From Mustelus asterias (Eukaryota): 64,000 nucleotides of DNA. Positions 49,944-61,795 of this stretch are shown piece after piece. The notes beneath the pieces are model-generated. The model was not told where the DNA came from. It saw only the letters and a list, made by a program, of their open reading frames with translations, and ran no database searches. Location of the stretch: positions 3,286,001-3,350,000 of the forward strand of contig NC_135829.1 of NCBI RefSeq assembly GCF_964213995.1, given 5' to 3'. Each line of letters starts with the position of its first letter. Position 1 is the first letter of the stretch. The position numbers were made by a program, and so were the translations under genes.

Positions 49944-51227
49944 CTACAAAAGCAAAATGATGGCACGAGTTAGATCAGGAAAACCGTCAGAAAGCAGCAC
50001 ATATTCCCAAGAATCAATCCCCTGAACCTTGGTTGCAACCAGCACCCCCTTCACTTGCTGCCTCACCCCAGCCAAGGCAAGTATATCATTCCTTAGGTAC
50101 AGAGGCCAAATCTGCAATCATTACTCCAGCTGTGGTCTCACCAAAATGCTGTACAATTGTAGCAAGACTTCCATATTTGTACTCCAGTCTCTTGTAATAA
50201 AGGCCAAGAAACCATCTGCCTCTCGAACTGCTTAATGTACCTGCAAGGTCACTTTGTTATTTTGTACACCAATATCCATATTCTACTAAACACCAATGGT
50301 TCATCATTTCTCACCATTTTAAAAAAAGATCTGCTTTCTATTCTTCCAACCAAAATGAAGAAACTCATTTTCCTTTATTATAGTCCATGTGTCACCCATT
50401 GACCCATTTACTTAATCCACCTATACCCTTTCACTTCTTCATCATAGCTTATGTTCGCATTTCGATTTGTATCATTAGCAAAAGCGTTTGTGTTGGGTTG
50501 TGCATTTGTAATGAAATATTAATGTGGGTTTGAGGTACAAGTGAAGAGGTTGGATCTAACATTTACATTTTTACAGAAGTTGAGAGGTTATTTGAATATC
50601 AAAGGGAAGTCAGAGGCGACATGAAAGATTTTGCATCTTACAGCAATTCTATGAGTAAACTGAAGAGGGTATATACATATGCTTTGTCTGTATAGCGCGC
50701 ACAAAACAATACTTTTCACTGTATACTAATACATGTGACAATAATAAATCAAATCAAAAAATTCCATTGTATTGACCCAGAAGCAGCGACAGAATGCAAA
50801 GATTAAGGATTTTATATTTGGAAGGATCTGAGTTTCAAAGAGGTGTGAGAATAATGGAACACGAGATAAAGGGGGAGAAAGATATTTTAGAGTTACTGTG
50901 GAGAGCTCAGTGGCTGGCTGTGTGAGAAAGATCATCTAGAAACAGTTCTGGACAGGGAGAAGGTGCAGTTTGAATCAGCCATCCAATAAAGTACAGCAGT
51001 TTGCCTTGGTAATATTACTGGGTTTCTATAGTTAAACATCTTTAAGGGAACATTGCCTGGAAGGTGTTTACTTGTGGGTCTGACCAAATAGGGTGCTTTT
51101 TGGGGGTATTTTAAACTAATTTTAAACGCTGTAATTGTAACCTTGTTTTCTTTTCTTCTTGTTCATAAATCTTTTACTTTGAGTTTTTAAAATCCCAAAA
51201 GTGCTACTGGACCTCTTGCTGCTGAGA

Positions 51228-51820
51228 TCTTACTGAGGAACCAGCTTCTTCTGCTTTATAAGACCCTCGTCAGACCCCACTTGGAGTACTGTGCTCAGTT
51301 CTAGTCACCTCATTACAGGAGGGATGTGGAAATGATTGAAAGGGTGCAGAGAAGATTTACAAGGATGTTGCCTGGATTGGTTGGCATGCCTTATGAGGAT
51401 AGATTGAGGGAGCTCAGTCTTTTCTCCTTGGAGAGACGAAGGATGAGAGGTGACCTGATAGAGGTGTACAAGACGTTGAGAGGTATAGATCGGGTGGATT
51501 CTCGGAGGCTTTTTCCCAGGGCTGAAATGGCTGCTACGAGAGGACACAGGTTTAAGGTGCTGGGGAGTAGGTACAGAGGAGATGTCAGGGGTACGTTTTT
51601 CACTCAGAAGGTGGTGGGTGAGTGGAATCGGCTGCCGTCAGTGGTGGTGGAGGCAAACTCGATAGGGTCTTTTAAGAGACTTCTGGATGAGTACATGGAA
51701 CTTAATAGGATTGAGGGTTATAGGTAAGCCTATATATAAGCCTAGGTAGGTAGGGACATGACCGGCGCAACTTGTGGGCCAAAGGGCCTGTTTGTGCTGT
51801 ATTTTTTCTATGTTCTATGT
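51228..51820 (+). mobile_element. CR1 3' fragment
   Basis: ORF 51326-51727 ERVQRRFTRMLPG; (TTCTATG)n tail. Confidence 0.92.
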
Positions 51821-53216
51821 TCTTCCAACACTGGCACAACAAAGGCCCCACAAACAGGAAATATGAGGGAGGACCAGCTGAGTTAGTTTTGATGCTGCTG
51901 GAAGACAGGGTATTTAATATCCCTACAATTCCCCAATTCCCCATTAAATTCCACCCATCTCCGCCTCTCAAGGATTCACTTTTACACCAGCCTCTTCAGT
52001 TTTACTTACTTTTGCAATCTGTTTTACATCCTTGATCAAATTGCTCTTGAATCCTGTTATATTCCTCTGTCAAATTGTTGCTTCTCCTTTGCTGGTTTCT
52101 AAAACTCATCCAATCTCAAGTTTACCACTCACCTTGGCAATAAGCTTATAAGCTTATTCCCTTAACCTAACACTATCCTTGGTTAGCCACAGATGGATGG
52201 ATCAATCTTCCTGCGGAATTTTTAATTCTCACTAGAATGCACATTCATTGAGAATTGCGAAATATTAAAATATTCACCAATACTTATCTAACATCTCATC
52301 TTTTAGGTTCATTTCCAAATCTACCTTCACCAATTGATACCTATCCAATTGGTTTTATTTAAATTTAAAATAAAAGTTTATCAGTCACAAGTAAGGCTTA
52401 CATTAACACTGCAATGAAGTCACTGTGAAAATCCCCTAGTTGCCACACTCCGGCACCTGTTCGGGTACACTGAAGGAGAATTTAGCATGGCCAATGCACT
52501 TAACCAGCATGCCTTTCGGACTGCGAGGGGAAACTGGAGCACCCAGAGGAAACCCACGCAGACACGCGGAGAATGTGCAAACTCCACACAGACAGTGACC
52601 TGAGCTGGGAATCGATTTAATACTCTCGTTTCAGGCTTAAGCATGTCACATGCAAACTCAGTGTAAATTTCTAATATATATATGATCATTCTTCCCCAGA
52701 GAATCAATCCTCCATTCAAACTTTTAATTAACCTTATTTCATTGCGCAACATCTCAAACAGCCCTTTCTCTGGTTGACTCTGTGACATATTGTTCCAGAA
52801 ACTGTCTGGAATATATTCCATGAACTCATCCTCCAACATACTTATATTCACCATGGAGGCGATTTACTCAAATGATATCTGGACTCCCAGAGGGTTTAAT
52901 GAGGCAAGAATACATCAACTTAAGGTTACGTTTCCTCCAATTTAAAAAGATTAACAATTTTGGAGTGAAGGTTTTACTAGATATTAGTAGGAACTGATAG
53001 TTTCTCCGCTGAAGAATCTAGACATTGCCTAAACATTAGCTCCAGGCTTTTCAGGAGCAAATTTTTGAAGGATTTCAATATGCAGAACGGCAGTAGAAGT
53101 TTGGAACTCTCTTCCACGAATGATAGTTGATGCTGGTTAATCTTAAATTTGCAAATGATTTTTTCTGTTCATCAAGGGTAAAGGATTTGGGAGGAAAGGT
53201 GGGTATAGGGAGATAG

Positions 53217-53292
53217 ATGTGGAGATGCCGGCGTTGGACCAGGTTAAAGTCCAACAGGTTTATTTGGTAGCACAAGCCACAAGCTTTCGATT
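53217..53292 (-). mobile_element. Very short Penelope tail insertion with 11-bp TSD
   Basis: Same tail family, internally deleted; TSD TAGGGAGATAG at 53206-53216 and 53293-53303. Confidence 0.85.
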
Positions 53293-54529
53293 TAGGGAGA
53301 TAGGCCATAGATTAGCCATGATCTCACTGAATGGTGGAACAGTTCAGGGGGCTAAGTAGCCTAATCCTGTCCCTACGAGTGGTGCATACACACCAGCCAG
53401 AGCAAACTTTCCAACTGAAGAATTTGGCCTTGAGATGTTATATAAAGGTTTCTACCCGAGGTAACCCTTCTCTCGTTAAAGCAGCTAGCAACTTGAACTG
53501 CTGAATATAATGTGGAGGGGCAACTTCAGGAATCAGAAATTACACCCATTCAAGAATAATTAAAATTAAATCACCTTTAAGAACCAACTTAAAATGTGCG
53601 ATTCTACTGAATTAGGCACACACAGAATTTGCGACTGTTAAGTTTTTATCCTGTTTCGTTCTTTCCCAAGGCGAAGATCAGCAAGGATGCTGCAGGATTT
53701 TTCACCATCTAATGGATAAGGCGAATACAAAAGGGCTTTTCTTACTGTCCTTTATTTGCTTAATTATTGCATTTTTGGAAATAAAAATCACTATTGGAAA
53801 CGGGGTTATTGTAGTTGTCATGTCTGTCTGCTCATACTAAAACAACAGATGGATACAATAACTGAAGAATGGCTTCATTTTACAGATGTTTGCCAAATGT
53901 TATGAATTCACTTCCTTGAGGGCACATGCCTTTCTCTTCAAAGTTTCCTTCAGTTTGACAAAAAAAATCATAGAAAATTACTGGTGTTATCACCTCCTGT
54001 CTGAACAGCAACAAAATAGTAACGATTTGTTGCACAAATCTCCAACCAATTTGGATGGGCAAGATTTTTAAAAGGATGAACTGCAGTCTTTTCGAATTTT
54101 GTGTTTCGTCCAACAAACATCAAGACAGGTTTCAAATGTCAACACCTTTACCCATTCTTAAACTGCAAAGATGCTTTTTGCAAATAATTCAAACTTCACT
54201 ATTTTGTGAGCTGAACTTTGCAGAACGTGCTGTTTAACTCGTGAAATATTCAATTTATCCATCAGCACAAACATGGTCGCATCTTGTCGGTTTGTCCATC
54301 ACCAGCTATGGTTAGCTCACCTCAAGTTGTAGCATTGCTCCCTCTGTTCTGCCAAAGCTTCTTACTACACACCAAGGTGTCTCTGAATAATCCAAACAAC
54401 CTCAAAATCCTTTCTCCACATAGTACTTCCTTAAAGCACCCCCTTCTCTTGCAAATCTCAACCAGGAAATTCATGGATTTTGTCAAGAAGCAAAGCCACT
54501 GCCTCCTCTGACTACTCCTGACCATTAGG

Positions 54530-54982
54530 TGTCAGCCATGAATCAGAAGTAGCACCCTCATCTCTGAGTCAGGTTATGGTTCATCCCACTTCAGAGACCT
54601 CAGCATGAAAGCAAGGCTGGCTAGCATGCAAGTGTGGAAGCGTCCCTCTGTCAAGGTACTGTCCTTTGGATGAGAAGTTAAATTGAAGCTCTGACTGTGC
54701 TCTCAATCAGATGCAAACAATCTCAGGATAGTATTTCCAAGAAGAGCAAGAGAGAGTTCTCCCCGGTGTCTTGGCCAATATTTATCCCTCAATCAACACC
54801 ACCAAAATTGATCATCTGATGATTATCACATTGCTGTTTGTAGGAACTTGCTCTGTGCAAATTGGTTGCCACATTTTGCTAGATTACAACACTAATTTAT
54901 GTTAAAAAGTAGTTAATTGACTGTAAAGGCCTTTGGGATTTCTGGTTGTGTAAGGAACCATATAAATGCAATTAGTTTCTTC
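54530..54982 (+). mobile_element. SacSINE1/DeuSINE-like element
   Basis: GAAGAGCAAGAGAGAGTTCTCCCCGGTGTCTTGGCCAATATTTATCCCTCAATCAAC core; homologous to 2805-3225. Confidence 0.82.
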
Positions 54983-56854
54983 CTCCCACACTCCCCCTCC
55001 CCACACACAACTTCCGATTTGTCATCTATCAACAGTACACTCATTATTTTCTTTTTGTCAATCCTCTCCAATCTCGCATTTAGTTCACTCACTTGGGACA
55101 GAAAGGCCACCGAGTCACACCAGACCTTCAAGGGTTGAAAGGACGGTTTCTTGCTTTGCTTAATATGGTCATTCGTGGTATTTCGTGGAGAAACTCAACC
55201 CTCCTCCACTTATGACCTACCACTTGGTGCAATTAAAACAGAATTAAATTGTAAGCTTTTACATATGTGCAGATGACTATGGTGCTATCTACTGTTGCAC
55301 ACTAATTGCCTGTCTGATGTCAAGACCAAAGTGAACCAAAACTTCCTCGAGTTAAGCATCAGCAAAACTGAGGCCATGGTCTCTAGCCTCAATTCCAACA
55401 ACTGCCACAGCTGGAATACAGAACAGATATACAAATTAGGCGCACTGCCAACCCCAAACTCCTCTTTCCCACATCCACGATTACCAAAATTGTTTGTACC
55501 TGCCTGTGCAACATTGCCTGCTTCCACCCATCTTTCCCATTCTACTCCAAAACCCTAATCATCGAGGTCTGCCTTCCCTCTTCTCCAATTTTCTCATGCT
55601 CTCTGCCCACTTTTCCCCTCGTCTGTAATTTTTCTCCTTACTCTGAAGCTCAGATGCCTTTTTGCATGGAAGGCACAGTTTAACATAGCCTTCCCACTTC
55701 TCTGAGTACAATTTATTCACTGAATGCCTTTAAATGTGGTCAACCACCAAAAGCTACTGGAATAATGCTCAAGAACTTTTACACTCGACATCACTCGAGA
55801 ATCACATTATCTCTTCTAAGTCAATAAAGTATAGGAGACAAACACACATGGTGGCATCCTTCTAGTACATTGTCCAAATGTGAGCCAGCAGGCTGTTTTA
55901 CAAGAAGCTGCATTCAGCATTAGTAATCTCATCCTTCTCCTGTCACATTTGTACACAATCTTCCCAGTAGGGGACACTGAATTACAATTGAAAAGAGTAA
56001 TCGTGGTGATTTTTTTCCCCTTGTCACACTGCAGCACTTCACTGATCATCACTCAGATTGCATTAAATTCAGCTCAGAATAGGGGCGAAACTTGCACATA
56101 TTGATTTTTATGGTTCAGCGTATTAATCTACAAAACTGGAGAATTCAAACAAAATTAACATTCACATACTCATGAGTCACCAAACAAAGTGAATCTTTAA
56201 AATACTGTTTTCACAGCAATAATCAGTTTGGTTTGAGAGAGTTTGCGGCAGAGAATATCATGGATAGCTACTGCCTGCATAAACAAGATACTATTGAATG
56301 ATATTACTGATCTGTTTTCACCCCACATCAGTGATCTGAAACAACATGCTTTTATCGATCAGCATGGTGACTCAGCAACATCTAGCTCCAACGCACCAAA
56401 TATTGGGAGGCCACAGCTTTGCAACCCTGGCTTTCAAAACAATGAGCTTCTGTTCACTTCCACATCATCAGCTAAAATAAGCGAGGTTACAAAAATGTCT
56501 CAGAACATGGAAGAAATCAACATTGGTGGTGGGGCAAGTCATTCTGGGCACTTACTGTTGGTCAGAGAAAGGAGTTACATTGGCAGATGCCTGAGCTAAG
56601 TTCGCCTGGGACCACTCTGCCTCAGTTACAAACCTGTTTTTTAAGCCTGGAACTGAGTGAGAGTGTATGGTGATGGTAGTGGTGGGGGGGGGGGGGGGGG
56701 GGTTTATTATGGTGGAATAGATGGAGAGGATATCTAAAATAATAAATGTCAAGGGAAGCTGGACTGTAATCTACATTTATTGAAGGTCAGCATTACTTAA
56801 ATCCATCCCATAGCCCCAAAAGAAGTTGTTCAAGGAAGAAAATTTTAATCAATT

Positions 56855-57305
56855 ATTTTTATTCATTCATGAGACATGGGCGTCGCTGGCTGGCTGGGCC
56901 AGCATTTATTGCCCATCCCTAATAGCCTCAGGGCAGTTGAGAGTCAACCACATTGGTGTGACTCTGGAGTCACATGTAGGCCAGACCAGGTAAGGACGGC
57001 AGATTTCCTTCCCTAAAGGACATTAGAGACCCTGATGGGTTTTTCCGACAATCGGCAATGGTTTCATGGTCATCAGTAGATTCTTAATTCCAGATATTGT
57101 TTTATTGAATTCAAATTACACCATCTACAAAGAACAAAGAACAGTACAGCACAGGAAAACAGGCCCCTCGGCCCTCCAAGCCTGTGCCGCTCATTGGTCC
57201 AACTAGACCATACCGTGGTGGGATTTGAATCTGAGTCCCCAGAACATTAGCTGAATGCATGGATTAATAATCTAGCGATAATGCAACTAGGCCATCGCCT
57301 CCCCC
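56855..57305 (-). mobile_element. Second copy of the 40016-40379 SINE, with an ~85-bp CR1 tail inserted (~57127-57210)
   Basis: Reverse-complement homology along its length. Confidence 0.86.
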
Positions 57306-57559
57306 ATAATAAAATAAAACTCGGTATCTTTTGACATATTGCAATTCCACTTACCCCAACCATCCTCTCATCTTACCCCAACCTCCTCTCTGCAAAAATC
57401 ATCCTGTACCCATTTTATAACGTCTGTTGCAACAGCCTTTGCTGATAATTTACTCACCACATCTATGATTTTTTTATGGGGTCATAAATTTCTAATTTCT
57501 CTTTTCATTCCTTAGTTTAAAAAAAACATTCATTTGGTCATATGCATCACATTACTCAC

Positions 57560-57654
57560 CCCCGTACAGTGCCAGTCTCTTGGTAGTTCACTTGAATGAA
57601 TTTACCAAAACGGCTGGAGTTGTTATTGTGAGCGGTCTTTGCATTCCCAAAAGC
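57560..57654 (-). CDS. MYO9A: Myosin IXa motor-domain exon (95 nt), switch I
   Basis: cag|GCT...CGG GG|gtgagt; translates [31 protein letters not shown](G), containing the myosin switch I motif NNNSSRFG. Confidence 0.97.
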
Positions 57655-59713
57655 CTGTTGATGAAACAAAAATAGTCAGAAACTCTGAACACTGGAACAA
57701 TGGTTCTTTGCTTTGTATTTGTATTGTCCCCATGATAGTTTATTGAGACATGAAGATCTTTCAAAACCAGACATTGGTTTGGAGTAATATAAACTCAACT
57801 TCTACCGAATACTTAGCCACATAAAAATAAATCACAGCAGTGCAATGAACTTTCAATGTGGATTTCTAGTTGTCAAAAACACTTAACCAAAAGTAAATCT
57901 GCTGCTCCAAATTCATCGGACTACATTCTTGTTGGGTCTCCATCTATTACCAACGATCAATTCAACTTAATTAACACCCAGATCCAATTCATCAGATCAA
58001 TGTGCGCACAGACAGGCTCTCCCCGCCTCCCCATCACACACACAGGCGCACCAACCCACACCCAGACACAGCATACAAAATTCACAAAGTTGGTAAAAAG
58101 ATAAATGCTCGTGTTGAACTGTGGCATTTTGTTTCAGGAGTTGGGCTATGTGGTAGCCAGCTCCACAATACCGCATAAATGTTGCGAGCACAATGCACAG
58201 GCATAGCTATACAGAGGCCAAACCAAGCTAAAAGTATCTTTAATTTCATGACTTTGCTGATAAAATTGTCTTGATTGGACAGTGCAGTAATTGTATCAAC
58301 CGCGGGTGGAGGGAATGCAAGCTGTGCATGATACAAAACTCGTCTGTTTCCTATTAGCTCTGAAGCATTTTGAGGCGAATCATTGCTCCACAGTAAGAAA
58401 TCAGATGACGAACCAATGACATTTCACAACTGCCAACTCATACAGTTCCTTTTATATGCTGAAATGTAGGCAAATAGTTTGTCGAATAAATTAATGTTCT
58501 GGAAAATATGGGAAATTATTTCAAATTAGTGAGTTCATATCAGCTAGATTAGTGCAGTACACCAAGTGCCATACATTATCGAGCTTGGATCAGACAACCC
58601 AGATCATATCTTGAATGTTCAGTTATGGTTACAAAAACACAAGAGAAACATGCAATTCTCAAAGGCAGAGCAAAGCAGAGATAAAAACACGGCTACAAAA
58701 AAAGGCCACATGGCTTAATTCCACTTTCCAGCTTTTGGTCCACTGCAGGTTACAGTCATTGAGGTGCTTGTCCAGACACGTTTTAAATCAAACAAGGTTT
58801 CGGCCTCAAAAACCCCATCAGGTCGTGAGAAGGTTTCCCTCATCTCTCCTCTAATCTTTCTACCAATCATTTTAAATCAATGCTCTCTGGTCACTGATCT
58901 TTCTGCTATGGAAAATAGGCCTTTCCCATCCACTTTATCCAGGCTCTTCAGAGTTTCTCACATCTCAATCCAACCTCCCCTTAGCCTCCTCCGTTCCAGG
59001 GAGAACAACCCCAGCCTATCCAATCTTTTTTCATTGCTACATTTTCCAGTTCTGGCAACTTCCTCATCAATCTCCTCTCTACCCTCTCCAGTGCAATTAC
59101 ATTGTCTGTAATAAGGTGACCAGAATTGCATACAATACTCAAGTTGGGGTCTAACTGATGATTTATACAGTTCTGCCACAACATCCCTGCTTGTACATTC
59201 TATACCTTGGTTAATAATGGGAAGGATTCCACGTGCCTTCTTAACCACCTTATTGACCTGAACTGCTATCTTCAGGGATCTGTGGGCATACCCTCCAAGG
59301 TGCCTCACTTCCTCTACACCTCTCAGTATTCTCCCATTCATTGTGTCTTCCTTCACCTTGTTTGATCTCCCGAAATGCTTCACCTCACAATTCTCCAGGT
59401 TCAATTCCATTTGCCACTTTCCTGCCCACCTGGCAAGTGCATTGATATCTTCCTGTAGTCTATAGCTTTCCTCCTCGGTATCAACCACACGGCCAGTTTT
59501 TGTGTCATCCTAAAATTTCTTGATCAATACCCTACATTTACATCCAAATCGGTAATATACAAAACCACACAATGCAGGAGTTCTAGTACTGAGCCCTGTG
59601 GAACCCCACTGGAAACAGCCTCCCAGTGACAAAAGCACCCATTTGATTCTGTCATTGAGCCAATTTTGTATCCGGCTTGCTACATTCCCCAGATCCCATG
59701 GGCTTTTTTTTTA

Positions 59714-59849
59714 ACACAGTAAGAGTTTTAACAACACCAGGTTAAAGTCCAACAGATTTATTTGGTAGCAAATGCCATTAGCTTTCGGAGCGCTGCTCCT
59801 TCGTCAGATGGAGTGGATATCTGCTCTCAAACAGGGCATACAGAGACAC
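59714..59849 (-). mobile_element. Penelope-like pLTR fragment inserted into an older CR1 LINE
   Basis: Reverse complement aligns with 8095-8230. Confidence 0.9.
59775..59811 (-). ncRNA. Intact minimal type I hammerhead ribozyme
   Basis: CCAU-CUGACGA-A-GGAGC agc GCUCC-GAAA-GCUA^AUGG; stems I and II perfect and the catalytic core complete. Confidence 0.85.
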
Positions 59850-61039
59850 TTTTTAAAAAACCCAGTTTGCCATCTTGGATCTCGTCAATAGCCTTGCTAA
59901 AATTCATCAACTGCACTACCTTCATTAATCCTCCTTGTTACTTCCTCAAAAATTTAGTCAAGTTAGTCGGACACAATCGTCCTTTAACAAATCCATGCTA
60001 ACTGTCCTTGATTAATCTGTGCTTTTCCAAGTGACTTTCCAAATTTATCCTATCCTTCAGAATTAATTCTAACAATTTTGCCCACGACGGAGATTGGACT
60101 GACTAGCCTGGTATTATTCAGTATATCCCTGGCTTCCTCTTTAAACAAAGGTATAATGTTAGCAGTCCTCCAATCCTCTCGCACCACACCAGTATCTAGT
60201 GAGGATTGGAAAATGATGGCCAGACTTTCCACTATTTCCACCCTGCCTTTTTTAACAGCCTGGGGCACATTTCATCTGGCCCTCGTGATTTATCCACTTT
60301 CAAGGATGCTAAACTCATTAATACTTCCTCTCTCCGAATGTTTAGCACATTCAATACTGCATACCCCTTCTACCAAACTACAATATCTGTAATATTGCAT
60401 TAACCACAATAACTTGCCTGCAAGCCAAAAACTTCACCCAAAAGAAACTTCAGAATGACACAAAACAAAAATGGTACAGAAAACATAACTCTGGTGCATA
60501 ATTAAAGTACATTATGTCAGTGGGATAAGGGTTCAGACTTGCTTCTTCATATAAATAGCAATCAGCTTTTGGAATAAATGTCCTAGTAGGATGATGAATG
60601 TAAAGGAATCATGAAGGCACATGATGGATCCGATCCTGGGAAATATGTCAATTGATCCAATTTGGATGTACGAACTCAAATGTCCCAGTGGTTTTGCTTG
60701 TTCATTTAGCAATAGATAATGGGACAAAACAATGAGGAAAGTGAATGTTAAACCCCTTTAAATATCTTCACTTGTATACTGTACAAGAAGTGGAACTGTT
60801 GCTCCCCAGTCATTTACAAACAAAATGGGAAGAGGATGTGCAAAGAGAATATCAAGTTTTAACAGTTTCATGAAATATATCCAATCTGACCAGTAGACAG
60901 TGGACTACGTCAATATGTACACGATTGACATGTTGAACACCTTACTCACCAGCCTTTCGTGTTTACTTATTGATTCCAGGAAGGTAACATGTAAAGCTTT
61001 GTTATACCTCTTTTCTATGCAAATAATGCACACACCACA

Positions 61040-61128
61040 GGCGCACGCAGCACAGGAGCACGCAGCACAGGAGCACGCAGCACGCAGCACAGGAGCACGC
61101 AGCACAGGAGCACGCAGCACAGGCCCGC
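61040..61128 (+). repeat. GC-rich minisatellite (GCACGCAGCACAGGA)n, about 5-6 units
   Basis: Visible tandem 15-mer with one partial unit. Confidence 0.9.
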
Positions 61129-61129
61129 A

Positions 61130-61795
61130 GCAAATAGAAGCAGGATGAGTCCACCAGGCCCTTCAGGCCTGCCCCGCCATTCAATACGATCATGGCTGAT
61201 CTATGCCAGCCTCAGCTCCTTTTCTGTGCCATTTCCCCGTAGCCCTCTATTCCTCAATCTATCAAACATTTACGCACCTTCACTTTAAATACGAATGATC
61301 CAGCCTCCACCACCCTTTGGGACAGACGATTCCAGAGATTCACCACCCTCTGCGAGAAGAAATTTCTACGCACCTCACTTATAAATGACTGGCCCTTTAC
61401 GTCCCCTTGTTCGAGACTCTTCCCCCAGTGAAAACATCTCACCAGCTACCCTGTCAAGCCCCCTCAGCATCTGATATATTTGAATAAGGTCACTCCTCAC
61501 TCTTCTAAATTCCATGGAATACAGACCCAGACTATTTAGCCTCTCTTGATAGGACAACCCTCTCATTCCAGGAATTCGCCCGATGAATCCACCTTGGACT
61601 GCCTCCAATGTTACTAAATCCTTTGTTAGAAAAGGGGACCAAGACGGTACACAGTGTTCCAGGTGAGGCCTCACCAACACCCTGTACACTTACAACAAAA
61701 CCTCCCTATTTTTAAACTCCAACAGCTTTGCAACAAAGGTCAAAATGTTATTTCCTTCTTAACTACTTGTTGGCCCTGCCTGCTAGCTCTTTGTG
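61130..61795 (-). mobile_element. CR1 3' fragment (further remnants at ~62280-62545 -, ~62695-62920 +, ~63100-64000 -)
   Basis: ORF 61375-61689 LVRPHLEHCV. Confidence 0.88.

Larger units (their letters stand above)
58700..60400 (-). mobile_element. CR1 family C remnant
   Basis: ORFs 58958-59488 and 60050-60268 (DWRTANIIPLFK); similar to 47367-48350. Confidence 0.9.

Noticed and set aside
50490-51227. Possible solo LTR starting TGTTGG
   Set aside because: No recognisable 3' terminus, TSD or second copy; not supportable.
60945-60960. Consensus donor CTG|GTGAGT on the minus strand
   Set aside because: No matching acceptor or myosin-like frame upstream; such sites are expected by chance.
61040-61128. 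CRISPR-like array or repetitive-peptide ORFs
   Set aside because: Tandem 15-mers without unique spacers in a vertebrate intron; the ORFs are artefacts of the repeat.
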